NCBI GenBank assembly: GCA_963827655.1 | Contig: CAWHCF010000017.1 | Span: 32,001 to 96,000, forward strand | Length of the DNA: 64,000 bases | From: an uncultured Acidobacteriota bacterium | GTDB lineage: Bacteria; Acidobacteriota; UBA6911 | Direction of reading: 5' to 3' | Part shown: positions 9,172 to 19,931 of the stretch, piece by piece | Position numbering within the stretch: the first letter of the stretch is position 1 | Layout of the letters: every line of letters starts with the position of its first letter | Position numbers and translations under genes: made by a program | Notes under the pieces: model-generated | What the model saw: the letters and a program-made list of their open reading frames with translations, nothing else | Database searches by the model: none | What the model was told of the DNA's origin: nothing

Positions 9172-9894
9172 TCAGCCGTGCCGGTTGCGCACTAATCCAG
9201 AAGCAATCGCGGTTCGTGTCCGCTGCGCGAGTTCGTCGCTGTCGTGCATTCCCGGTTCATGGGTGAAAATCGGGTCATGAAAAATGACCTCGATCACTCC
9301 TGGGTGAATTCCGTAGGTTCCCGGAGGTTGAATCTTTCGGCTGTTGACAATCGATACGGGAAGGATAGGCGTCTTCGCTTTGAGCGCCATCAGGAAGGCT
9401 CCCTTCTTGAATGGCCCGAGCTGGCCATCCCGGCTGCGTGTACCCTCGGGAAAGGCAACGAGCGAATATCCCTCTTTCAAGAGTCGCACTGCACAGTCAA
9501 TGCTGGTTTTTGCTCTGGCCGGGTTCGAACGATCGATCGGAACGAACCGGACCTGCTTGAGGAGCACCGAAAGAACGGGAATCCGCATCATCTCCTTTTT
9601 GATCAGGGCTCGAAAGTCGCGTGGTATCGCGTGCAAGAGTACGGGGCCGTCAAAGTTTCCTTGATGGTTGGAGACGAAAAAGTAGTTCTGCCCGGGACGA
9701 ATTTTTTCCCGTCCTTCCAACTTGACTCGGACGCCGCAGAGCCATCCCGCCGTTCGAATACAGAGGTGAGCCGCTCGATAAATGAACGTTGTATTTCCGG
9801 ACGCAACGGTCCATAACATTGCGACGGGAGTCATGACAAGGATGAACAGGCCGACAAAGAGATAAACCAGGGAGGCTCGGGCGAACTGTTTCAT
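9172..9894 (-). CDS. plsC: 1-acyl-sn-glycerol-3-phosphate acyltransferase
   Basis: NHQGNFD (HX4D), FPEGTRS and PFKKGAF motifs. Confidence 0.92.
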   Translation of the reverse strand: MKQFARASLVYLFVGLFILVMTPVAMLWTVASGNTTFIYRAAHLCIRTAGWLCGVRVKLEGREKIRPGQNYFFVSNHQGNFDGPVLLHAIPRDFRALIKKEMMRIPVLSVLLKQVRFVPIDRSNPARAKTSIDCAVRLLKEGYSLVAFPEGTRSRDGQLGPFKKGAFLMALKAKTPILPVSIVNSRKIQPPGTYGIHPGVIEVIFHDPIFTHEPGMHDSDELAQRTRTAIASGLVRNRHG

Positions 9895-10069
9895 CGACTG
9901 GTCCCTTTTGGACTGCGGCGACTTGCCGCGCTTCACGGTCAGTCTACATGCGTCGATCGTCAATCGTCATTCGTCAGTGTTCTTGTGAGAGACCAGAATA
10001 CCTGATCACTTTTTTTACCGCAAAGAGAGGATAAAGTCTGTGCGTGTTGCGGAGTATCGGGGGTGATCC

Positions 10070-11260
10070 GTGGGATTCCATTCGATAGGGGAAGCGCTGG
10101 AAGATATTCGCGACGGCAAAATCATCATCGTCGTCGATGACGAGGACCGCGAGAACGAGGGGGATTTTACCCTGGCCGCCGAGAAAGTGACGCCGGAAGC
10201 CATCAACTTCATGGCCCATTACGGTCGCGGTCTGATCTGTCTGCCGCTGACGGCCGAGCGCCTGGACCAGTTGAATATTCCGCTGATGGTGGAGGGAAAT
10301 ACGAGTAAGTATGGAACTGCCTTCACAGTTTCGATCGAAGCTCGGCACGGTGTTACCACCGGCATTTCCGCCGCCGACCGCGCGACCACGATTCTAACGG
10401 CGATCAATCCGAGGAGCACGCCATCGGATCTGGTGCGGCCAGGACATGTGTTTCCGCTGCGCGCGCGGGCGGGCGGAGTCCTGGAACGAGCGGGCCAAAC
10501 GGAAGCTGCGGTCGATCTCGCGCGTCTTGCCGGTCTCTCGCCCGCCGGCGTCATCTGCGAAGTCATGAACCAGGATGGCACGATGGCCCGCATTCCGGAG
10601 CTGCGCAAAGTGGCCCGCCGCCACCGGCTGAAGATCATCACCGTGGCCGATCTGATTGCCTTCCGTTTGAAAAACGAAACCTTCGTTCACAGGATTACCG
10701 AAGCCGATGTTCCCACCGAATTCGGCGAATTTCGGGTGATCGTGTTTGAAAACTCGCTGGACCACCAGCATCATGTCGCGCTGGTTAAGGGGGTCATCGA
10801 TCCGAATGAGCCCACGCTGGTGCGCGTGCAATCGCAGTCGACCATGGCGGACGTATTTCATTCCCTGCTCAGCGAGAGCGGCGCGCAGTTGCGCGCGGCG
10901 CTGAGCATGATTGATGGGGCTGGAGCCGGGGTCGTGGTGTACTTGCGCCAGGAGGGCGGCGGAACGGGACTGGCTGAAGAAATATGCGGGTATGGGTTGC
11001 GCCGGCACAGGCCCGTGGCCGCAGAAGCCGGCGCATGGCTCGAGTCCAACCCGGACCTTCGGGTTTACGGCATCGGGGCGCAGATTCTAACGCAACTGGG
11101 CGTCCGAAAGCTGCGCCTGCTCACGAATCACCCCAAGAAGATTATCGGGCTTCAAGGCTATGGCTTGACGGTGATCGAGCAGGTTCCGCTGGTAACGAAC
11201 CGGTCGGAACTTTACCTGCGAAAGGATTTGAGTCCTGGGAAGCGCGAGACGCCAAGCTAG
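10070..11260 (+). CDS. ribB: DHBP synthase fused to a degenerate GTP cyclohydrolase II domain (RibBX-like)
   Basis: RibB motifs [28 protein letters not shown] and GQTEAAVDL are present. The C-terminal domain reads [20 protein letters not shown] and lacks the zinc cysteines. Confidence 0.92.
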   Translation: MGFHSIGEALEDIRDGKIIIVVDDEDRENEGDFTLAAEKVTPEAINFMAHYGRGLICLPLTAERLDQLNIPLMVEGNTSKYGTAFTVSIEARHGVTTGISAADRATTILTAINPRSTPSDLVRPGHVFPLRARAGGVLERAGQTEAAVDLARLAGLSPAGVICEVMNQDGTMARIPELRKVARRHRLKIITVADLIAFRLKNETFVHRITEADVPTEFGEFRVIVFENSLDHQHHVALVKGVIDPNEPTLVRVQSQSTMADVFHSLLSESGAQLRAALSMIDGAGAGVVVYLRQEGGGTGLAEEICGYGLRRHRPVAAEAGAWLESNPDLRVYGIGAQILTQLGVRKLRLLTNHPKKIIGLQGYGLTVIEQVPLVTNRSELYLRKDLSPGKRETPS

Positions 11261-11850
11261 ACCTTCGAGAGGAAGTGTCCCAGCTTCTCTTTCTTGATTT
11301 TTAGATAGTCCCGCGTCGAGGAGTTCGGAGTTATCTCCAGGGGAATGCGCTGCTGCACTTGTACGCCTTCTTTTTCGAGGGCCCGCACTTTTTCGGGGTT
11401 ATTGGAGAGAAGGCGAATGCTTCGAAACCCGAGATACTTCAGAATCTCGGCCGGCATGCGATATTCGCGTTGATCGGCCTTAAACCCCAGTTCCTGGTTG
11501 GCTGAAACTGTGTCCAGTCCCTGGTCCTGCAGTTCATAGGCGCGTATCTTGTTGATCAGACCGATTCCACGGCCTTCCTGCTGCTGGTAGACCAGGACTC
11601 CGAAACCGGCCTGTGAAATCAGTTGCATCGATGTATGAAGCTGATCTCTGCAATCACAACGGACGGAGGCGAACACATCTCCGGTGAGGCACTGCGAGTG
11701 AATTCGAACCATCGGAATCGAGCCCGCAGGCGGAGGGCCAGCCATCAGCGCCACGGCTTCTTCGCCTGAATCCAGGTCACGGAATCCATAGACCGTGAAG
11801 TCTCCGTAGGGTGTGGGGAGCGTGGCGCGAGGAACTTTGGCGAAATTCAT
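11257..11850 (-). CDS. ribA: GTP cyclohydrolase II
   Basis: [27 protein letters not shown] and LLSNNPEK motifs; zinc ligands intact. Confidence 0.96.
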   Translation of the reverse strand: MNFAKVPRATLPTPYGDFTVYGFRDLDSGEEAVALMAGPPPAGSIPMVRIHSQCLTGDVFASVRCDCRDQLHTSMQLISQAGFGVLVYQQQEGRGIGLINKIRAYELQDQGLDTVSANQELGFKADQREYRMPAEILKYLGFRSIRLLSNNPEKVRALEKEGVQVQQRIPLEITPNSSTRDYLKIKKEKLGHFLSKV

Positions 11851-11998
11851 ATAGTCAATTCTCACTGGGCGGCCCCGGGCGAGGTCTCCGGTATATTTTG
11901 GACCGCGGCGGGAGTATTATCCGCATGGATCGCGTGGCTGTCAACCTGCGCGCCGTGGCCTCGGTGTGGCAACTGCGAAGATCAAAGAATCAGGGCAT

Positions 11999-12607
11999 AT
12001 GGATGACAATCCGGCTAAGAAGATAATCGTGGCCATCACGGGAGCGACGGGATCTATCCTGGGGGTGCGTCTGCTGCAGCTCTCGCGCGGCGCAGGGATT
12101 GAGACGCACCTCGTGGTGAGCAAGTGGGGCGTTCGAACACTCATGCATGAAACATCCTATGGGATCGAGCAGGTCAGGCAAATGGCGAGTTTCAGCTACC
12201 AGGAGGGTGATGCCGGCGCCGCGATTTCGAGCGGCTCCTTCTTGACCGACGGAATGGTCGTGATTCCATGCAGTATGAGAACTCTGGGCGCGGTCGCGAG
12301 CGGTCACGGCGACAACTTGATCCATCGTGCAGCCGATGTCGTTCTGAAAGAGCGCCGGAAACTGGTTCTCGTAGTACGCGAAGCGCCATTCAATGAAATC
12401 CATTTGGAGAACATGTTGAAACTGACGCGCATGGGCGCGGTCATTACTCCTCCAGTCCCGGCGTTCTACAATCACCCTCGGACGATTGCCGACGTCGTGG
12501 ATCACATCGCGTCGCGCGCACTGGACCATCTGGGTATTCATCTGGATCGCGTCAGCCGCTGGGATGGTGTGATGTCATCAGACGGAGCGTCTCTGATGCA
12601 GGAGTGA
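11999..12607 (+). CDS. ubiX: Flavin prenyltransferase
   Basis: VAITGATG, ISSGS, PCSMRTL, RAADVVLKERR, HLENM and PAFY motifs. Confidence 0.95.
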   Translation: MDDNPAKKIIVAITGATGSILGVRLLQLSRGAGIETHLVVSKWGVRTLMHETSYGIEQVRQMASFSYQEGDAGAAISSGSFLTDGMVVIPCSMRTLGAVASGHGDNLIHRAADVVLKERRKLVLVVREAPFNEIHLENMLKLTRMGAVITPPVPAFYNHPRTIADVVDHIASRALDHLGIHLDRVSRWDGVMSSDGASLMQE

Positions 12608-12744
12608 GGAGTATCCTCGGTCTTCGCGAGTTCTGTTAGTTCCGCACCATTAATTCCACTCTGCAATCGCGCGCATTCCTCCTTGCCTTTCTGGGCCCCA
12701 TACGATAAAAAAACAACCCCCCTTAACCAGGGAGGATCCATCTC

Positions 12745-14001
12745 ATGAAACAGCACACCTTGATCAGCTCCATTGTCCTGACCCTGTTGGGTTGGAGTAT
12801 TAACGCTCACGCTGACGTAGTCACCGACTGGAACACGGCCGCCCTGAACGCCATCCGCCTTGACCGAACGCCTCCGCCAGTCGCTTCTCGCGCCCTCGCC
12901 ATCCTGCACGCGTCTATTTACGACGCGGTGAACGGGATCAGCCGCAGCCACGAAGCGTACTTCGTGCCGAGCCAGGTCCCTGCCAGGGCTTCCAGAGAGG
13001 CCGCCGCCAGCGCGGCCGCGCACAAAGTGCTCAGTACGCTCTTCCCGAACAGCGCCGCCGCCTTCGATATGCTCCATGCCACAACGCTCGCCGCCATTCG
13101 GAACGGTCTGCAAAAGGCAGCGGGCGTCGCCTGGGGCGAATCGGTCGCCGCCCGGATCCTTGCCTGGCGGGCGATCGATGGGTCCGGCGTGCTCGTGGCG
13201 CCTCCTTCCGGCAACGGTCCCGGTGACTGGCAGCCGACGCCGGAGGCGTTTCTTCCTTATTTGCTGCCGCAGTGGGGTTTTGTCGCCTCCTTTGCGATTC
13301 CCAGGGCGTCCGCTTTTCGTCCGCCCGGACCACCGCTTCTGGACAGTGCGAGATGGGCGGCGGATTACAACGAGGTCAAGGAAATCGGTCGGGCCACCGG
13401 TTCTACGCGCACGGCGGAACAGACCGAAATCGCGCTGTTCTGGGCCGATGGTGCCGGCACGGAAACTCCGCCGGGACATTGGAACAGCATCGCGCAAAAT
13501 GTCGGGGAGCGAAACACACTGGAAGAGAACGCCCGGCTGTTTGCCCTTTTGAACATTGCGCTGGCCGACGCCGCCATATGCTCCTGGGATGCCAAATACT
13601 TCTATAACTTCTGGCGCCCGGTGACTGCGATTCGTAACGGTGATACGGATCGCAACGACGCAACCACGCCCGATCCCGAGTGGAGTTCACTGATAGTGAC
13701 TCCTCCATTTCCAGACTACACGTCCGGCCATAGCACTTTCAGCGGCGCGGCAGCGACCGTGCTGGCTTTGTTCTATGGTACGGACAATATAGTATTCGCC
13801 ACCGGCTCGGATTTCTTGCCGCGCGTCTTCCGACGCTTTACCAGTTTTTCGGCTGCGGCCCGGGAAGCGGCGCTCAGCCGCCTGTACGGTGGTATCCACT
13901 ACCGGTCTGCCAATGACGACGGTTTGACTGCGGGCAGCGCCGTCGGCACGTGGACGTTCAGAAATTACCTTCAGCCGAAAAACAATCGTTCGCGAAAGTG
14001 A
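12745..14001 (+). CDS. Secreted vanadium-dependent haloperoxidase/PAP2-superfamily protein
   Basis: Signal peptide ending AHA; motifs KYFYNFWRP, PDYTSGH and SRLYGGIHY. Confidence 0.88.
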   Translation: MKQHTLISSIVLTLLGWSINAHADVVTDWNTAALNAIRLDRTPPPVASRALAILHASIYDAVNGISRSHEAYFVPSQVPARASREAAASAAAHKVLSTLFPNSAAAFDMLHATTLAAIRNGLQKAAGVAWGESVAARILAWRAIDGSGVLVAPPSGNGPGDWQPTPEAFLPYLLPQWGFVASFAIPRASAFRPPGPPLLDSARWAADYNEVKEIGRATGSTRTAEQTEIALFWADGAGTETPPGHWNSIAQNVGERNTLEENARLFALLNIALADAAICSWDAKYFYNFWRPVTAIRNGDTDRNDATTPDPEWSSLIVTPPFPDYTSGHSTFSGAAATVLALFYGTDNIVFATGSDFLPRVFRRFTSFSAAAREAALSRLYGGIHYRSANDDGLTAGSAVGTWTFRNYLQPKNNRSRK

Positions 14002-14088
14002 ATTTCGGTGACAGGTTCCAAATTGCGTGGCAGAACTCTCGTCTTTGGCCTCTCTTGACAACGCAATTTGGCGCCTGTCACCAAATTT
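14001..14088. repeat. REP-like inverted repeat between convergent genes
   Basis: AATTTCGGTGACAGGTTCCAAATTGCGT ... ACGCAATTTGGCGCCTGTCACCAAATTT, imperfect arms of about 28 bp. Confidence 0.7.
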
Positions 14089-14147
14089 AAAGCCTGGTGT
14101 TTCTTCGTGTCTTGGTGTCCTGGTGGTATTGGTTTGAAAGGCCGGAA

Positions 14148-14882
14148 TCAGGGAAGCTGGCGGATGCGAAGATTCCTGAATTCAATCGGTGACCCTTCCG
14201 ACTCCAGACAGAGGTAGCCGGTGCGAGGTTCGGCGTCGCTGCCGCCCGAGACTTCCTCCCCGTTGACCCACAGCCGCACTTCGCCATTGATGGCCCGGAC
14301 GTAGTAATGGTTCCACTCTCCGACGCCTTTGCTGAGCTGCTTGCGTGGGAAACTGCGCGAGCCGTTGGGGGAGGTCGGAGGAAACGGTTTGAGCTTGGAT
14401 TTGCCCACGGCAAAGATGTCGCCGTTGGTGCTGAACCAGTCGCCTTTCTTTCCGGATCGTTTCTCGTATTGCTCGGCGAACCCGTGATCGAGCATCTGCA
14501 CCTCGATGCCACCCTGGGGCAGCACATTTGGTTTCAGCTCCTTGAGCGCCTCTTCCGGCACCCAGACGAAGACGCCCGAGTTGCCTGCGGGACGCAAATG
14601 CCGCCATTCCACGACCAGCTCGAAGTTGCTGAACAGTTGCTGCGTGCGCATCACGCCGATCGGCTGGCCCGTGCAGCTCAGCAGATCGTTCTTCCAGGTC
14701 CAGGTCTCGGGATAACAATTGACGTTGGCAAAGTCCTCCTGCCCCAGCGCGCGCCAGCCGGGTCCGGTGCCGTCGACGAACGCCTTGGGCAGGCTCGGTT
14801 CCTGGCCGAGGCAGAAGGCGATCGCCGGCAGCACCACCATCCCAAGCCAACCTGAGACTCGCGCAAGAGAAACATGCCACAT
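14148..14882 (-). CDS. DUF1080 (3-keto-disaccharide hydrolase) family protein
   Basis: FSNFELVVEW, GNSGVF, IEVQML, GEWNHY and GYLCLESEGSPIEFRNLRI motifs; signal peptide. Confidence 0.9.
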   Translation of the reverse strand: MWHVSLARVSGWLGMVVLPAIAFCLGQEPSLPKAFVDGTGPGWRALGQEDFANVNCYPETWTWKNDLLSCTGQPIGVMRTQQLFSNFELVVEWRHLRPAGNSGVFVWVPEEALKELKPNVLPQGGIEVQMLDHGFAEQYEKRSGKKGDWFSTNGDIFAVGKSKLKPFPPTSPNGSRSFPRKQLSKGVGEWNHYYVRAINGEVRLWVNGEEVSGGSDAEPRTGYLCLESEGSPIEFRNLRIRQLP

Positions 14883-15110
14883 GAAGAGCCCTCCCACTGT
14901 TATTTCAAGAGAAGCGCACGGCACAAACCGGCTTCCGGGCATTTCTATCGAGAAAGCGCTGGGGACGCAAGCCCATTCTCGAATTCCGGACTGCGTGGGG
15001 TGCGATCCAATCACAACTCGGGTCAGGATCGGCGCGCGGGGCCTCAAAAAACACCAAAGGGATTTCTCCGAGCGGCCAGCCCCAGGTTGACAAAACCTTC
15101 CCCGCGATAG

Positions 15111-15404
15111 CTACGATTTCAGGGTATGGTAAAAGGCTCGCTCACGCTTCTCCAACCGTGGCAGGGCTTCCCCCTTGATGTAGCGTTCGAAGTGGGGAGT
15201 CGACATGTGGGTCTGATAAGCCGATTCATCCGTATATTGCTCGTAGAGGAAGAAGACCTGCGGATCCTCGGCGGATCTGTGCGTCTGGTAAAAGAGGCAG
15301 CCCGGTTCCGCTCTCGAAAGGGGTGTCATGGTCTCGAGAATCTCTCGGATTTTTTCCTCCTCGCCGGACTTGACTCGATAGGTCGCTGCGACGACATAAG
15401 CCAT
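15111..15404 (-). CDS. Antibiotic biosynthesis monooxygenase/quinol monooxygenase family protein
   Basis: SRAEPGCLFY, FFLYEQY and HMSTPHF motifs. Confidence 0.88.
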   Translation of the reverse strand: MAYVVAATYRVKSGEEEKIREILETMTPLSRAEPGCLFYQTHRSAEDPQVFFLYEQYTDESAYQTHMSTPHFERYIKGEALPRLEKRERAFYHTLKS

Positions 15405-15698
15405 AGGGACGTCTCCTGTATAAGACTGCACGCTTCAGATCCCAACTTACCACCAGGACGCAAGGACGCCAAGAGACTCGAAGGCTTGGCTCTAGATCTC
15501 GACAGTCTTCGGGCTTCGTCCGGGGACTCAAACTGCTAGTCCAGAAACTTGGGGTTTGCGCCGGACTCTTGGTAGAATCCCGGAACCAGAGGCGACCTTA
15601 TTTCAGACCATTCGGCGCTCTGGTTGACATTGCCGATCGCCTCGTGCTGGAACAGTCGCATCTGATCAGCTATTCCGGAGAATCACGGAGCACCATCG

Positions 15699-16055
15699 AT
15701 GCCCATTCGCACGCAGCAAGAAGAGCCGGGTTTGCTTGTAGCCACTGTAAGCGGACGCGTTCATTACCGTGAGTTTCGGCCGCTGTGGCAAGAGAGTGCT
15801 GAGGCCATTGGACGGCTGGGCAAAATAAGAATCCTCATCGTGCTCGACAATTTCCAGGGATGGGAACAAAGTGAGGGATGGGGAGACACGAGCTTTCAGG
15901 AAAAATACGACCCATTCATCGAACGCATCGCTATTGTGGGGGATAGTCAATGGAAGGACCTCGTCCTCGCGTTCGCAGGCAAGCCGTTTCGAACTCTCCC
16001 GATTCAATATTTCCTGCCCACGCAACTCGCGGAAGCGCGCGCCTGGCTGGGTTGA
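15699..16055 (+). CDS. SpoIIAA-like (STAS/SEC14) protein
   Basis: GKIRILIVLDNFQGWE, IERIAIVGD and EARAWL motifs. Confidence 0.85.
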   Translation: MPIRTQQEEPGLLVATVSGRVHYREFRPLWQESAEAIGRLGKIRILIVLDNFQGWEQSEGWGDTSFQEKYDPFIERIAIVGDSQWKDLVLAFAGKPFRTLPIQYFLPTQLAEARAWLG

Positions 16056-16063
16056 GTCAAATC

Positions 16064-16730
16064 GTGCTGCGATTGAAGTCGCCCAGTGGTGGCAAGCGGC
16101 GCCTGGGAATAGTGGCTTCGAAGCTCGCCCTTTTCTTTGCGTTCACTCTCCCGGCGTCGGCCCAGGTTTTCGAGCTGACGCCACTGTTCGGCTATCGAAT
16201 GGGCGGCACGCATCCAGGTGAAGAACGAAGGGGAGAGTACGTCCATCAAGGCCAGGTTGAAGGACGGTTTTGCCTATGGTTTGGCGGCAGGATATCGGTT
16301 CGACGAAGAGTCGGTCATTGAGTTCCGATGGGCACGCCAGCATAGCCGGCTCCGCTTACCGGATCCTGTCTCCCCGGATCTGGTCTCGCCGATCGATACC
16401 ACGATCGACCAATTCCACTGTGATTTTACTCACGAGTATGAGTGGGACCATTATCCCGGCATCCGGCCTTATGTCCTGGGAAGTGCAGGCGCCACCAGAT
16501 TCGGCCTCCCCGGTGAAAGCTTCACGCGTTTCTCTTTCGGCCTGGGCGGGGGCGTGAAGATTTCCATTCATCCGCGCGTGCGTTGGCGCATTCAGGCAGA
16601 GTGGCTTCCCATCTGGATCGAGCCGGAGGCGAGAGGCCTGACCTGCAGGGGCGGCGTCTGCGCTGTGTTCTTGTCGGGGACCCTGACGCACCAGTTTGAG
16701 GTCAGCTTCGGTCCCGTTTTTCATTTTTGA
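16064..16730 (+). CDS. Outer-membrane beta-barrel protein with one +1 frameshift near 16211
   Basis: Signal peptide plus AQVFELTPLFGYRMGGT in one frame; removing C16211 continues the frame as IQVKNEG...RPYVLGSAG...SFGPVFHF (terminal Phe). Confidence 0.75.
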
Positions 16731-16769
16731 GAAAGGGAGAGTGGCGAGTGGCTCCGAATCTCTTATTTA

Positions 16770-16936
16770 GCGTTCGCGCAGAAATAAGTTCACATTCTGC
16801 TGCAGGCCCGAGGCCGCCGGCTAGGCGCGAGCGACGATGCGGACGCGGCCGGTACGTGGGGAGCGGGCAACAAAGCCACGATGGGGGTTCCGCCGAGTAC
16901 AACCTGGCAGACGATTATTCTGCGCAGAATAGTCGC
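16770..16936. mobile_element. Divergent relative of the MITE family (shared left end)
   Basis: GCGTTCGCGCAGAAATAAGTTCACATTCTGCTGCAGGCCC matches the left end of the other two copies. The interior differs, and the right end TTATTCTGCGCAGAATAGTCGC-TAA is only loosely similar. Confidence 0.55.
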
Positions 16937-19836
16937 TAATCCCTGTCCTTTTTCTTCCGTTTTTCCCTGCGTGATCTCGAAGATCGTAGTCGTGCCGCTG
17001 ATCTCGTTCCCCACGACGAGCAGCGGCCCCTTGATCGGACTGTCCTTCTCATCGATGAACAAGATCCCTTCAGGCCCGAGGTCGCCCGCCTGCGGGGTGC
17101 CGGGCGCGGAACCGAAGTCGCGCCGGTTTACGTAGGTGATGAAGACAGGTTCATGAGGATCGCTGATGTCGTACACCACCACACCGCCGATGCGCTCGAG
17201 CCCTATGAACGCGTAGGTGTTTCCTGCCACCGTCCCGATCGCGATTCCCTCCGGCTCCGGGCCTTTGTCATCACTGCGGTTGTCGAAATCGTTGCTGGTG
17301 TTAGAGGCGTTGAAGTTGGCCGGAGAGGTGATGGCGGTTATCCATTCCAGCTGGTCGCTGCTGTCGAATACCAGCTCGCCGGTCTCGCTCCAGATGGAAA
17401 ACGACCTGGTACCGAAGGCAAACAGTTGTTCAAAGGCGCCCGTCGCCGGATTCCTGCCCAGCGTGTTTGTGATATTCAGCCGGCCCAGGTTGGCATTGTT
17501 CTTGAGCACAGCACCGTCAGGAAATGCCGCCGGGTCCAGGTTAACGCTGCCGATGCGCACTGCTTCCTGGAAAGCGCTGTACTCGCGCGCATCCCCTTCG
17601 TTCGCGGTCACCAGGTAGGTATCGGAACGAGATTTATAAGAAGCAATTGCCGTCGGGCAAGAACAGGCCCTTTACCGGCCACTGTCGGATGTTGATCTTG
17701 TTATCCCGGTCGCTGGCATCGAGGCCGTTCAGACGGACATCGATGATGCCGAGCTGCTCCGGTTCGGGCACATAGTTCAAGGTGAACTTGCCGTCCGGAT
17801 GGATCGTGATATTGGCCACGCCGAAATCGTTGTCGTTGATCACCGCGAGCGTCCATGGATCAATAACCGCCAATCCTTCGACTTTCTGCGCGCGATTGTA
17901 GCCGGCTTTGTTGAGATCCACATGCAGGCTCTTCGCGATCGGCTGGATGCCGTTGGCCACCATTTCGGCGACGCTGAGCTGATCCACGGTCTTGCCCGTC
18001 GATCCCACGACGCCTGTGAGCGCCGTCACGTCCGTGGCGCCGGTGAGATTGAACCGGTAGATCTTCTTCTCTATGTGGGCCGGATTGTCATCCGGCAGCG
18101 CATCGTCATCGCGCTCCAGCGCCAGGAACTCGCCGTATCCGAGCGAGACGGCGTCACCGATCTTGTCCGCGCGGGTATTCGGTTCGGGGCCGAGATCCGG
18201 ATTGTCCAGCACGTAGATGAACTGCCGGGTGGCTCGCGTCGTGGGATTGAACTCGACCACTCGGATGTTACGCATCTGGTTGAGCGCACTGTTCGCGAGG
18301 GTCGGCGGATTGCGCAACGGGCTTTGCATGAAGGCATAGATTTTGCCGTCGTCATAGGCAACCCCCTCGAAGCCCCGGTTCTGGCGGCGTTGGCCGAGCA
18401 CCGCGGGAAGGACCTCGGTCCCGTACGTGCCGGCCGGCTTGACCGGCTGCGGCGGCTGTGCCCATCGGAACGAAGCGGTCAAGCAGCACTCCGGCGGCGC
18501 TGAAGTGGTAGATCGCCGGGCGATACTCGTCAACCATCCAGAATGTGCCGTTGCTTGGATCGATGACGATGCCTTCGAGGTCGGCGCCAAAGGGGTCGAG
18601 CGGGAGAAGGTTGCCGAGCAGGTTGACGGGCACCTCGTCGTTGTAGGGCGTATTACCTGAATCGCCCAGGGCCGTGTTGGACAATCCGGTGAGCGGGGCT
18701 CCAGACGCCCAGCTTCAGCGGAATGATCTGGGTCACGTCGATCCGGTTGCCGTCCAGCTCGAACCGCACCAGTTGTGGAGTGAAGTCCGGCAGAAGGAAA
18801 GGGCGTAATATGCCGGTCGGCTCGGCATTAGGACCACGGTCGGTGTGGGTGATGAACTTGAGCGCTCCGCTGACAGGATGAGTTCCCTCGAAGTGCAACC
18901 CGGAGAATCCGCCCAGGAAGAGCGTCTGGTTTCCCAGTGTTCTCCCGATCGGGGGGAGAGATGACGAACGGAAATTGTAGCGTCTTCGCGGTTGCCTCAA
19001 CCTTGCTATGGTCCTTGTGACCGAGTGCTGCGAGCTTTGTAACCACGGCTCTCTTGATGTCGATGATGGCAATAGCATTGTTCTCCTGGAGTGTCACATA
19101 GGCTGTCTTCGAATCGTGACTGACGGCAATGTACTCCGGTTCCATGTCCTGCGAGACTCTGGCGCCCGGCCCGAAGATGCGGATTCCAGGGGGAAGCGGG
19201 CCGGTATTGAACGCCCGAAAATCCACGGTGCGCACATCGTCCTGCTTCAGCTTCGCGACGTCACCTTTCATCTGGATGATGCTCACCGAGCCTTCGGGAT
19301 CGATGGTATAGGTGTCGTTGGGTTCCCCTTCGTTGGCGATCAGCAGCCAATCCCCATCCGGTGAGAAGGTCAACATGTCCGGGAGCGCCCCGACCTGCTA
19401 GAACGTTGAGGACTCTCAGGTCCTTGGCGCTGAAAAACACGACCTTGCCGGGATCGGTCTTGATGGCGTTTTCAACCGCCACAGCGACGACACCTTTGTC
19501 CACGGCCACGCTGTTGGCAACGGCCCCGTAGGGCCTGACGTCGATCTGGGCCACGCGGGTGACAGCGGCTGGATTCGCTATAGTCAGCACGTCGACCGTG
19601 GCCGACAGGGCATTCACGACGAAGAGCCGCTGGGTCTTGGGGTCGTGCGCTACGATCTCGGCGCCCCCCGCATTGAAAATGCCGCTCGCATAGGAACCGA
19701 TCGGCTTCAGCTTGATTGATTCGCGGTCGTCCTGGTCGTCTGCCGGAGCAAGTGTCGCGGTCAAGGCGAGGGAAACAGCCAGCAGGGGACCCAACAAGGT
19801 CGAAAGCCTGGTTCCACGTGTCAAAGTTTGTTTCAT
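16936..19836 (-). CDS. Secreted choice-of-anchor I (alkaline phosphatase-associated) protein with an embedded phytase-like domain, interrupted by six +1 indels
   Basis: Collinear fragments: signal peptide, AEIVAHD, GALPDMLTF, ANEGEP, EPEYI, TLQENNA; then GGFSGL, TDRGPN, DLEG, DEYRP, NRGFEG, KVEG, NDNDF; then ANEGD, RSDDKGPEPE, DLGPEG, NEISG. Single-base removals near 19398, 18980, 18708, 18439, 17650 and 16960 join them into one ORF. Confidence 0.8.
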
Positions 19837-19931
19837 CGGGCGTTGAAATGCCATGTAGCGCATGAGCAGCCTCCGGGTCGTAGAGATCACAAGATTTCGG
19901 ATGCGAAGGAGGGAGATCGTGCCCTGGAGAT

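Noticed and set aside
16205-16216. Methylation-linked error motif (GATC read as GCATC, also at 31919)
   Set aside because: Only 2 of the 11 indels fit the pattern, which is too few to claim.
16936-19836. Programmed ribosomal frameshifting or genuine pseudogenisation
   Set aside because: No shared slippery site; every lesion is a +1 insertion and all motifs are intact, so sequencing error is more parsimonious.
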